Part shown: positions 37,803 through 49,885 of the stretch, in pieces
Numbering within the stretch: position 1 is the stretch's first letter
How the letters are laid out: each line of letters begins with the position of its first letter
From: Octopus sinensis
Lineage: Eukaryota
Length of the DNA: 64,000 nt
Reading direction: 5' to 3'
Assembly (NCBI RefSeq): GCF_006345805.1
Contig: NC_042998.1
Location: 95,294,001-95,358,000, forward strand
Translations under genes and position numbers: made by a program
The notes under the pieces: generated by a model
Told to the model about the DNA's origin: nothing
The model's input: only the letters and a program-made list of their open reading frames with translations
Databases searched by the model: none

Positions 37803-40800
37803 ATATACACACACACGCAGGTTACTAGTTCCCCACACCCCTCATCTATTTAGCCGGAAGTATAAAGACTTCTGTTAACGAAAACCAATTTACCAAATAT
37901 TTTGCACTCAGAAGGAATTGAACTCTATACGATCAATATTACATAGCTTAAAGCACTAGTTTTTTTAAATATTATTTATAAAATGCAGGAGCAGAGACCT
38001 TGCAGAATTGTTGACACGCCGCCCGGGTGTGGGGACCGAGCGTCATAAATACATCTTTAAATTTCACCAGCTTTCACCTACTTGTATTGTCCCTCTGTAT
38101 TCCACCCTTTGTGGGTAATAAAGAGTTCAGAATCGTTGACAGGCCGGGGGAAATGCTTAGCAGCATTTCGTTCGTCTTTGTTCCGAGTTCAAATTCTGCC
38201 GAAGTCGATTTCATACTTTCGTCCTATAGGGGTCAATGAAATAACTGCTAGTTGAACACTGGTGGTGGATAGATGTAATAGATTTACTCCCACCACTACA
38301 ATTGCTGGCCTTGTGCTAAATTTTGAAACTGTTGTAACATGCTGAAGGAGTTCCTTTAGTGTGAAAAGTATTTGCCTAAGCCATTTACAGCACGATTTAT
38401 CAAAATACTCATGAAAATCAGCCAACAACTACTGTTACCTTCACCAGCTCTTTCCTGACGTTATAACCATAACGGTTTACAATTTGAGAAGTCTTAATTG
38501 GATTTAGAACAGGAAATTTTTAACGGTATTTATAAAAAAATTTTAACTTTGAAGGAATATCTATCAGAGTATTATTTCTCAAAATTCAATAGTGGTGATA
38601 GCTAAGTTACAAAATGGAGGCTGTGAACATTTTTGGTGTATAGTTGAACTTCAGAACGTTACAACCTACTTTAGAATCGTCAAAAATATATCGCTGATCC
38701 CACCAAATTACAAGTGTTCTATATTAGAAAATAGTTAAGGAGTCAAAACACAAAGTCAAGTTTTAATTTAAATCGTTTAATATACATAAATACAGCCACT
38801 TACATAAAGCTTGCAGAGAAAATTTCTGATAAAATCTTATATAGTTATGTAATTATTATTAGTCATTTTAGACTAGAGGATACAAGTTTAATTGAACAGG
38901 TCGTGGATAACATTAAATGATTCAGTTAAATTTGCTATAAATTTATAATAAAAGTTCTCAACTAGGATCCATACAAGATTTTGCGGGGTTCACATAAGAT
39001 AGTGAATTGGGTCTACAATATTATTTTACGGGTCCATGAAAAATCTTTCTATACATGTAATTATTGCAAGAAACAGCTTGGCTCAACATAGTTCAACCCA
39101 CAGTGTGATGAACGAAAGATCTACAAAATTAGTTTTAAACATCAAATGGTTATGGGTGGGGTCACCAGAATAAAATAGTAACGAAAAGGGTCGAGAACCA
39201 CTGTTCCAATAGATTTCAAGACTCATAGAATGATGTTCGTGGAATTTGCTTCATACGAATGGTGACAGGATACAAATGAACAAAAACGAAAAACTTAACT
39301 AGTAAATTATTCGACACAGAATTTAGTCCGCATGGCTAATTAAACGAAACAATTTTGCTCTTTTTGCTAGGATTCATTGATATTTACATATGTTAAATTT
39401 CTAAGGTAAAGGCGCTAATTACTACACTTTTGTAATTACACTATTATGTACATTTCTAAACGCAAAGGTTTTCGCAGTATACTTACAAACTGAACTGCTT
39501 AAAGGAGTTGAAAGTTCCCACGTCTATATACTATACTACCAGTTGTCAAGAAATTTTTTTTTTTTTTTTTTTTTTTTACTTCATAATCAGCCATTGCTCT
39601 CCCACTGTTGGGTAAAGACCTTCCTCTTAGCTCTCCATATATCTCAGCTTTGGCTGCTCGATCTTCACTTTTTGTTTTGCCAAAACTATTTTATGTTTAC
39701 TCATACATGTATAGATACGAATATGTAAATAGGTATGCATGCATACGAGGTTTCGTTGTCAGTGTCCCTTGTACTTTGCTCTACTCATTAGGAACGGCCG
39801 TTAAAATGTTTGGTTTAGGAATCATTAAGCGCTTGCATTACATTATGTTTATATAAATATTACAGTTCTAATTATTTCTACGGCTTCCGGAGAGCATTTC
39901 ATCTAAAGACCAAATATTAATTGGTAAAGAAAGTTTACACAATTTAGATTTAGGATTAAAAACAGTTCCTAATCCAAAGAAATTGACAGTTCAAATACTT
40001 AAGAGTCTAGCAATAGTCTAAACTTAGATAATGGCTAATAACATTGTTACAGAAAAGGTAAGTCATATCACCAGTCCGTATAAATTGAGTTATTACGGGC
40101 AGCTACTGAAGTGGCTAAATATATTGTTAGTCGAACGATTCTTCGCATCACTGCATTGCCAGTTTTAATTACCACCGCGTCAACTCCAAGAGTGAAAAAT
40201 ATAGCTTCAGGAATAGTTTTGTAAAAGTGTTCAACACGTGTTCAACATGAATAAACCGAGAGTTATTAAGGAATATTCAGTAAAATCTGCCAATAGCTGG
40301 TAGAAAACTAGTTCAAAAAGTGACTAGGCATCAAGATTTTATTTTTTTCCATATTCCACTGCAATGATACACGCATTATTAGCTAGAACGGAACTTAACA
40401 GGTGTTATGCTTCACTGTAGCACAGCACTTGTTCACAGATTGCATTTCAAGGTCACTAGTTTAGAATTGGTCTGAGGAAAAAACCTGCATACACCGAGTG
40501 GGTCTTGGAGTTATCAGGCACATACTATTACAATGGGAACAGGAATTAAGAGCGACGGAGAAGTGCATTGCTTGACGGGTAAAGCATTACTCAGTGTACT
40601 GCAACTATCAGTTTCAACTTTTTATCGATGGTGATCAAGCATATGTACAGTAGCTACATCGTCCTTATTACATGGACAGGCTTCGTATACATTGTTATTC
40701 TAGCAGCTTATTTAAGCAATATAAATTTCAGTTACAACTAATTGTTGAGTTTCAGATTTTTGCAAGTATTCCTACCTAAACCTTCAAGCCAAATAAACTG

Positions 40801-41687
40801 AAGTTCGAGCAATAATATAGAATTCATTATTGTGCATTTTATAGTGGGATGCGTAAGTTTTGTGGGAAATAAAGGATATACAATCTTATGTGGAACCATC
40901 TTGAGGGGGTCAGGTCACAAAGATTGGTAAATAATTGTCCTATCGTATAGGGAGATTGTTAGTCAAAAAGCTGTACCAAAAAGGAGTTCAAAGGAATTTA
41001 TCCAGAATATTTTTAGTTACAATTAAAATACTTCAGATGTAAAAATGTAAAGCGGATAACTATTTCCCGTGCTAAATGTCTGAACAAAAAGAATTGTTTG
41101 AAATATATAGGCAAATTAGAAAAAACAGATTGGTTGTAACAGTTGCGACGGTTATAATACGTTCCCTATAAACATCTCCATAGGTTCGAGCTATTGGCGG
41201 GTAGGCTTAAACAGTTTGACAAAAAAAAAAAAAAAAAAAAAAAAACTTTAATAAAAGAATCTTATCGTAACTGGTTTTTCTTTAACAAGTAAAGTTTATA
41301 CTTGATAGAAAAATTAGTACCAACAGTTTTAGTATTACTAACAGCTTTTAGTTTTTAAAAAACTGAAACGTTATAGTCGAATATTCATGAACGAGGTCAG
41401 CGTTTATGTGACAAGTAATTGAGATTATTACTGCCTTTATGGCAAATTTAATAAAATAAAATAATTGAAATTATAGTTGATCAAGTTAAATACAGTTTGA
41501 TAGTTCAGATTTAGTCTTAGGATCACAGCTTTTTTTTTTTTTTTAAGTAACTTTTTCCTATAAGAGGAAGGGAATTTTAAGACAAAATTCAAGCAGTTAA
41601 GAGTTGTAATCTCGCGTGAAACATTCAATAACAAGAATTCAAATTAGGTAAAACCAGAGACAAGATAAAAATTTGATGCAATCAAGT

Positions 41688-42410
41688 TCACTCTTCCTGA
41701 TAGACTCTTCTTACAAGGTGCGTTGGGATTACTGCTATAAGCAGGTTAAATATACCCGTTAAGATCACGTATATTGCAACCCCCGTTTGCAAATGCTCGG
41801 TGAATTCAGTGTAACTGTTCAAACAACCTTTAGTGAAATGAATGCTGTGACGCATTGCAACTACCCTACAATGTGCAAATCGGAAATCACAACAACTGTT
41901 CGGAAGAATATGTTTACCAAATACTTTGAACCACTCTTCGGGAGCATAGATTCCACAGCATTGTAGTTGATACTGAACCGAATCCCACGCACTTTCGTCA
42001 ACGTAATTTGTAGTATAATTATTTTGAGAAACTTTCATATGATTGAGAATTGCTTCTCTGTTGTATCCCGTCACGATGTGACCAGTGAATCCCATCACAA
42101 TCTGAAGAGCGGAAATGGCAATTACAAAAAATCCAAAAATAGTTAAGCCAAAGTAATTATCACTCCGTAAGCAGTGAAAGCTGTATGCGCCGAGAAACAG
42201 AAGTGTTACTCCTAAGCAAATAAGGAAAAGAGCGTAAAGCTGAAAGTGAGCTCCAAATTCGCTAAATTTACCGCCGTAATCAACTTCCATTAAGGTACCA
42301 AAGACTATAGTAAAAAGAGAATTGAACATCAGCATAAGGGACAAAGTCCAGAACGCAAAGCGAACGCAGCCGATAGCCCAAGCTCTTGTAGCTCTCCTAT
42401 TTTCCGGCAT
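41688..42410 (-). CDS. Tetraspanin C, CD63-like, single coding exon (240 aa)
   Basis: Four TM segments, large loop with LQCCG, LPNSCC, C and KGC. Aligns by eye without gaps to tetraspanin B (YGG, FGxHFQL, CCGIY, EWF). Confidence 0.92.
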   Translation of the reverse strand: MPENRRATRAWAIGCVRFAFWTLSLMLMFNSLFTIVFGTLMEVDYGGKFSEFGAHFQLYALFLICLGVTLLFLGAYSFHCLRSDNYFGLTIFGFFVIAISALQIVMGFTGHIVTGYNREAILNHMKVSQNNYTTNYVDESAWDSVQYQLQCCGIYAPEEWFKVFGKHILPNSCCDFRFAHCRVVAMRHSIHFTKGCLNSYTEFTEHLQTGVAIYVILTGIFNLLIAVIPTHLVRRVYQEE

Positions 42411-43406
42411 TATTGATTGAGTCGATTCAGACTTCCTAGAACGGCTTCGTTACTATTTATTTTATTACTTATTCTGCACTGCGTATTGGTTCTTTTATTT
42501 ATTTCTGATGGTGGTCTTCTGCTTTGTTATTCAATTGATATTCATCAGTAAAATCACGGAGAAATGGAAAAGTACAGAAGCAAAAAATTTATTAGAAATA
42601 TTAGTGTAAAGTAAACATTTAAATGCGGTTTCAATCCTTGGTATTGTGTAGCTGTTCCGTTATTAGTTCCATTTAATCACGTGATTACGTAACATACCAG
42701 ACTATGAGATGTTGTTAAACATAGCTGATCACAATGCATTTGCATCGTTTTAGCCTTCTAATGACATCATCCCGCTGGCTTGGCTAGCAGATCAACGTTC
42801 TCCCCCTGAACTAAAGGGGTACTGGAGCAATGAAATGAAGTGTTTTGTTCAAGAACACAACAGGTCATCTGGTCTGAGAATCGAACCGACGATTTAGTTG
42901 CCTAACCGCTAGGTCATGTGCCTTCACGTAATTTAATATACGCAATATCTGGGGCAGCGAGCTAACAGAATTGCTTGCATGACGGGCAAAATGCTTAGCG
43001 GCATTTCGTCCGTCTTTACATTCTGAGTTCAAATTCCGCTGAGGTTCTTCGCCTTTCATCCTTGCGGGGTCGATAAAATAAATACAAGCTGAGCACTGGG
43101 GTGAATGTAATCGACTTATCCTTTTCCCAGAACTTGCTGGCTCTGTGCCAAAATTCGAAATAAATATACCCAATATATTAATTACGAGTTACTAATTGTT
43201 TCATTCTGAGGAAACCAAACCCAAGTAATTCTGGTATCTGTAAGCAATCCTTTGAGCCTGAAGGATTGCTTGAAGACACAGTGTATGATATATAAATCAG
43301 TCGAATTATAGTTTCTAGAACATGAAACTAGTAGCAGCTCGTGTTTAAATACTGCGAATGATCTTTTTTTTCTTACAAGTCTATAATATGACAAAATATT
43401 TTACTA

Positions 43407-44151
43407 CCGTAACTCCTCGAGTATAATTCGCATTTTTTCCCCAACATTTAAAGGTCAAAATCCCTAGGGCGTACTATATACGAGGTTAAAAATGAAAAAT
43501 ATTTTCTAAGCAATGTCCGAGTCTCTATTTGCTGTCCGGCAATATTTATTCAAACGCATTTTGTGATGTCGGGCGTGAAAATACCTTAAGCTAAGCCTGG
43601 AAGCAATGAAGTCATAAAAGAATCATCCATAACTTGCAGTAAGCAACATTTATTAAAATATAAGTATTCAGAAATAAATGAAAGTGAATCTTCTGATGTT
43701 GACTATGAATCTGACGATGACGGAGATTTACACTACAATGATGCAGACATGTTTACGGAGGAAAAAATGGAACAGTTATTTGATGCTGAAAGTGATGTTG
43801 AATTTGAAGGATTTGAATAAATGTTTTTGCGTTTGCTTTTTTAACTGATAGTGATAAATATGTAAAGACAATTTACTTAATGTTTATTTTTCACTGACGT
43901 TATTACTGTTATTTCTTTATTTTCTGCAAACAAAATGGACAAAAAAGCTACACGTTTGCATTATGTTATATATACAGTAATAACGTTACCGTATACATTT
44001 TTACAAACCAAGGATGTTATATAGACCTCCTTGACTCAAGTTAGAGAAGGAGTGCGTATTATACACAAGGTTTAGGTTTTGCAGAGGCACAGCCCCCTAA
44101 AAATCCCTTGCGTATTATACTCAACGGTGGACTATACTCGAGGATTTACGG
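43407..44151 (+). mobile_element. Tc2/pogo-like deletion derivative retaining the transposase C-terminus
   Basis: TA|CCGTAACTCCTCGAGTATA ... TATACTCGAGGATTTACGG|TA. An internal frame ends ...EEKMEQLFDAESDVEFEGFE-stop at 43820. Confidence 0.88.
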
Positions 44152-44249
44152 TATATATGAAATTGGTGACAGGAAATCACTTGAGAGGAATTGATTCACC
44201 ATGTATTTCTTTTTTTTTTTTTCCTATTTTCCTATTTTATGATATAGCT

Positions 44250-46730
44250 TACATTTTAAAACTAAAAATGTCTGTCTGTTTCTTTGTCTGTGTGTATGGT
44301 ATGTCCTCGTTTTGCGCCAAAACGGCTCTGGACCGATTTTTCTTGAACTTCACATGCATATTGCTTATGTGTCTGGGGAGGTTTTAAGTATAAACTGATT
44401 TCGAAAAAATGTTCGGGTAAATGGCGGGGGGAATAACATTTGCGCTACACGACTAGACAAAACAAGAGAGCTGATTGTTTTGCCCATGTTGGTTCGCCAT
44501 AATATGCTGTTTATTAAAAAAACAACCGCAGTTGCTTCTACAACAATCAAATATGCTTGCCTTGAAGACGGTCGGATACGTTCACTGATCTTGTCAAAAG
44601 GCAACGCGTGTTAACGACGTTAGCAATCACACAATTTAAGACCAGCCATACAACCCTCTGGTGGAATGCCCTAAGAGTTTTCTTTCATCAACTTCAAATT
44701 TGCTTTAATCAAGTTTTCGGGAAGGCTTTCAGCGCACTGCAGTTTTGACACTCCTTATTCTTCCACCCATCAATTAGCACCGCGCTGCATTGGTGACATT
44801 GCGCGAACCACACGTCCCCCTTCAAACTACTTGCTGCAGTAGACTCGGGGCTCCTTCCTCCCCTACCTTAATTACACCCTATCATTAGGTGACATTGAGG
44901 CATACTCCTCCACATAATTTCTCCCTCCTGCACTTTACAATCGACACTGAACCCCACCCCCACCCCCAAAGAAATTGTCACTGTCGGCGGTTACGCAATG
45001 GGTGCCATTTTGCATCAGAGCGTACTCCCTGTCAGTGATTATCACAGATTACCACACTTCTCACCAATTGTTCCCACAATTACCTACACCCCCCACCGCA
45101 TGACTCACCTGTTTCACGCTCACTTGAACAGTTTTGCTCCTTCTATTGGTTGGCATTTAGCCAATAGCATGTACTCTTTTGACTCATGGTCCCATTACAT
45201 CAACGTTTTTATACGAACACTTTACTTACGCTTCGGACCTCCGTGCTGCGTTCTCTCTCAGTACTCCCTGTCCTACGTTTCTGTTTGCTTTTTGTGCACA
45301 GGTAATTCTACTGTTGAATTTTTGCCTATCATTACTGTTACCCCGTCTCCTCTAGCCTTAGTGACGTTGTACTACTTATTACCACTTGCTGTTTATTTTC
45401 GTTTGTGTTGTGTTTCGTTACTGCTACCCCCTGTCCTTCATATATCCTTAGTGTCTCCTTAAGTTACTCTGTGCTGCCTATAAAATTTATCAAAAATCTC
45501 CACACCAACATCCTTCTTAGAGCATCCCCTTTAGCTTGGTGTTTTACCAGTTACTATAACTGTTACGTCCTCTCGCCATATAGGTGTCCTTACTTTTGCA
45601 TATCTCATCATATTAGCTGCTGTCTGTTTTGTTATTTGTATCTACTTTGTTTCAATTCTCCATCCATAACCTCTATACGCTACCTTTAGCGTCTCAGTTC
45701 TTTTTTATTTCTTATTCTCGCTTTGCTCCCATCAGCTGCTTCTTTTCTTTACGAAATTGAACAAGTTTCTAGATTATGCCTGGTCGAAGAAGGTCTACCA
45801 TTGGTCGAGCGACTTCTCAAGCTAAGCATAAGAGATTAGCCCGAGCTTCTCACACGCAAGGGCAGCGTTACTTCCGCTGTACGCGGACCGCTGCACGTTC
45901 GCGATCAACACAAAGTGAAGAGCAACGTTCGAACCGTTGACTGTTGGATGCAGTGGCTGCCGCCCGTTCACGCTCATCGCAGAACAAAGAACAGCGAACT
46001 GTTCGTCGCCTACGTAACGCTGCTTCAACGGCCCTTTCACGCTCTTCGGAGAATGAAGACCAGCGGACTGCCCGCCGTATGCGCGACGTTGCTTCAACGG
46101 CCCGTTCATGCTCTTCAGAGAATGAAGAACAGTGGATTGCCCGCTGCATACGCGACGCTGTTTCGATGGCAAGTTCACGCTTCTCACAAAATGAAGACCA
46201 ACGCCAAAGTATGCTTACCTTCAACGGCCCTCAAATAAGTTTTGGTCATTAGAAGCTTTCCCTTACGATCCCAGTTGCGACTACAGCAACAGATCGGATA
46301 TTACAATTGGTACAATGAGTAGGATCTGCGATTTTTGTCAGGCCAAAAAGTGGCTCGGGGACGCCCCAGACATGTGCTGCTCAAATGGTAAGATTAAAAT
46401 ACCTCCTAAAGAAGATTCCCCCCCCCCGTCTTTTGGTCGACCTTTTGACTGGGGTTTCGCCTTTCTCTACCGAATTTCTTAAGCGCATTCGCGCCTACAA
46501 CTGAACCTTCCAGATGATTTCGTTCGGAGCTAACATCATTTATGCCATTAGAGAAGGACAATTTATGCCATCAGGGGCAAATATATCACAGGCTTGGTTC
46601 TCTTTAGCCAATTGATACTGCCTCGCCTCAGTTTCTACAACTTTACTTCGTTGACGACTACGCAGACCAGGCTGCCCGACGGCAGTCCTTCTTACCTGGT
46701 ACCGACCTAGCCTTAATACAAACAGCTATG
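44250..46730 (+). mobile_element. Helitron 5' part with decayed RepHel N-terminus
   Basis: Helitron-type 5' region AAAACTAAAAATGTCTGTCTG. Frames give CDFCQAKKW...MCCSNGKI, FLKRIRAYN, FQMISFGA, GQIYHRLGSL and PQFLQLYF. Confidence 0.88.
45947..46204 (+). repeat. 69-bp (23-aa) coding tandem repeat in the Helitron ORF, about 4 units
   Basis: AVAAARSRSSQNKEQRTVRRLRN / AASTALSRSSENEDQRTARRMRD / VASTARSCSSENEEQWIARCIRD / AVSMASSRFSQNEDQ. GCTTCAACGG at 46022 and 46091. Confidence 0.85.
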
Positions 46731-47529
46731 TTCGCAGTTTTAAGTATATAAAGATAGCGCTCATTATATTAGATTATACATACGTTTTAACACTTTACAG
46801 GATACTTACATATATACATAATTCTATACATCAATCTAAAAGAACAAGACTACTAAATTTAAGAGAAACCCAAAAGTTCTCATGATATTTATTCATTGAA
46901 GGATTTTATTTCAGATATTCTCATTTTAAAAATCCTCTCAGGCTAATCGTTGAGAGGACGTTGGTGTTACCTTGGCGGAGTTTTGTGCTCTGTGTGCTCG
47001 TGTTGAAATTGGTATGCTTGAGCGAGATTGCACTTCTTTTTTCATACCTTCAATGAGAAATGTATTCTGTTACTGCATGGACTTGAAAACTATCATGATG
47101 TAGCAAGTATATTTCTATTAATTACTGAAAATCAATTCAGAGAATTTTTAAACAAGTAATTATATAAACTACTGGCTGAATATCTCGTCGTTGCCAGGCA
47201 ATTTTTACAATAGAATGTTTCATATGAAATTTTGCTTATTCCATATCAGATCATGCCTTTTTCAACAGATAGGCCTCTCGATCAGGACAAATGTGTGCAA
47301 TTGTTTGCATAAAAACTTCGTTGGGGATATTTTTTTCCTTTTAAAATTAGTTGTTCGACTGTTACACATGACTTTATTCATTACAACTTATTAAAACTTC
47401 AGAAGTTCTTACAACTTTGGTCGTCGTAATGCTTTGTTTTCGTTTAATAAAAATTCTTCCTCGTGATGATTTTGCTTTCATGCAGAAAATGCCAGCTTCC
47501 AAATCCTGTTTTCTGATTAGGTAAAATTG

Positions 47530-48189
47530 ATTAAACTTTAAACCTCAGTAACATTTTTCTACAATTTTTCTGGAACAAATAAATAACAATATCAAATTTA
47601 ACGTGGAAAATTATTTCAATATACCAAACTTGAAAATTTTGACGTAATGTTAAAATCTCAATATGTGACAGAAATAGGGAAGACCTTACAAAAGTAGAGA
47701 GACAGTTATAGAACGTCCGACACACACACACACAATATTTTGTAGTAGACATGTATATATGTTAGTATGTATGTGTCTGTATGCGTGTGTGTGAGTTTGT
47801 GTGGGTGTGTGTATGCATGTATCTATGTATTTACGAAAGTATTTACTCAGTGTCGCGTATATATTCCTGAACGACAGCTGTATTAACGTTATATCCCACT
47901 GCCATTCCGTATTTGTCGCTTGCACAACGCTGTCCTCCCCTTCCCTGATATCAGCCATACTCACTATGCCACCACATTTCCTCATATTAGCACTCTTGCA
48001 CTCTTCTCATTTTATCAAATAATAACATACCCCCACTGAGGGGTCAATTATAGATTTTTATTGAAATCCAATTAGCATGGATGTTAGTTTAATATGTATG
48101 CAAAATTTCGTCAAGATTGGTTCACTGGTGCAGGCAGCAAGATGGCAACAGACAGACCGACAGACAGAAATTGCCATTTATGTATAAGA
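47530..48189 (-). mobile_element. Two non-autonomous Helitron-like 5' ends (TC at 47749 and A|TC at 48189)
   Basis: The minus strand reads TCTACTACAAAATATTGTGTGTG... and A|TCTTATACATAAATGGCAATTTCTGTCTGTC...GAACCAATCTTGACGAAATTTTGCA. Confidence 0.55.
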
Positions 48190-48999
48190 TTCAACGCCAA
48201 AGCCATTTATATTGTAGAATTTAATTTTATAAGCCGGTAAGCTGGCAGAATCGTTAGTGCACCTCATTTCTTCCCGTTCATTACGTCCTGAGTTCAAATG
48301 CCGCGGAAATCGACATTGCCTTTTAAAACAAGTACCAGTCGATAAAGCAAGTACCAGTTTAGCACTGGTATCAATGTAATAGACTTACCCATTCCTTTAA
48401 AACTACTGGCCTTCTCTAAAATTAGAAACAATTATCATTTAATTATCTTATTTCCACTTAGAAAATAAGGCTTCAGTGATTTGATGCCTTCCATCACGGC
48501 CCTTAGCAAATCTCCCAACTTTGTTCTATGAAAACACCACTTTTTACAGCTTACCTTCAGCTTTTCTATACCAAACATTAAAACTAACAAAGTTTGCGGT
48601 TTCCAAATGGCGTTCATCTTAATGTTACCTTTGGTTTCCCGTTTCGGTCCGTTCTTAATACTGAGCTATCTTTCATTTTATTTAAAAAAGCATACTATTT
48701 CAATTAGATTTGCATCCCAGTTTTTCCTATTATGCTTTGCTGGGCGGAAGATGCCGCAGTTAATGGAAAACATTCATCATGTTCCATTTCACAACTTACC
48801 AGCATTTTTAACCATACATTTTCAACAAGATTTGACATTACTACACAGTCCTTGGACAGAATCGTCTTGACACCCAGGTTAACTGAATTCTTGTAAATGT
48901 TCCATAAGCTTTGCCTCGATGTCCTTTTCTCGCTCAGTTCACTCTGCTGATAAGGGACCCACGACATGTGAGAAACCTACACATGGTCAGTGGCTCGCT

Positions 49000-49450
49000 G
49001 TTCTGGCAGTGTTAAGTACCAAGTTGTTGGAATTTATCCATGTGATATGTAAAGCTACCAGGTCATGGTATAGTAAAGATCTTCCAAATTGAAGGAAGGT
49101 GTCTAAGGAAAATATCTGGAATTATCTGGTATGACCTAACACATTATCCTGTGGGAAAGAGGATACAGCCCTGTTACACTAAATATTACTGAAGACTATT
49201 CAAACAGTGCCATATTATGGAATGAATACGCTACATTCAAAATAGTTACAGGGCAGGCCTAATCAGGAAGATCATTTTATCCAAGATTCCATAAGACCTC
49301 AGTATCTTCCAAAGGCTGCTATATTAATCAATTGGGGAAGGACTCTATTGAAAATCTTGCTGTGATGGAAAGGAGTGTGAAACAACGCCCCAGAAACTGG
49401 GAAACCGGCCCATGAGCCTTGCTAGGCTTGAAAAGGGCGCAAGAAACATT
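49000..49450 (+). mobile_element. Decayed RTE LINE 3' end
   Basis: IEGRCLRKISGIIWYD resembles the RTE C-terminus. It is followed by the tail GAAACTGGGAAACCGGCCCATGAGCCTTGCTAGGCTTGAAAAGGGCGC. Confidence 0.55.
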
Positions 49451-49750
49451 AAAATAAACTATTTTTACATGATACTATTTTACGAAGAACCAGTCTTGAT
49501 CTAAACACAGAATGATGGTTGAATCAATATAGTGATAATTCGCCAAGGAAAATATATATCTTAATACTATAATTGAAGCAACATTTTGTGGAAAATGTTA
49601 CTGGTTTTGATAATATAATAGGATAAATGTACCAAGGAGACTAGCAATTTCTCATAATTTTCGAGAAATAACTCTACTTGTTCGGTCGTGAAAATGTCAA
49701 CATTATTAATTCATGATGGCAATCTCGAGACCATTACAAAGTTATGTAGT

Positions 49751-49783
<33 letters not shown>

Positions 49784-49798
49784 TCGTGTGTGTGTGTA

Positions 49799-49834
<36 letters not shown>

Positions 49835-49885
49835 CTGTGTGTGTGTGTGTGTGTACGAATGTATGTTTGTATGTATGTATATATG

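Noticed and set aside
45822-46238. Overlapping repetitive ORFs on both strands
   Set aside because: Alternative frames of the 69-bp Helitron coding repeat.
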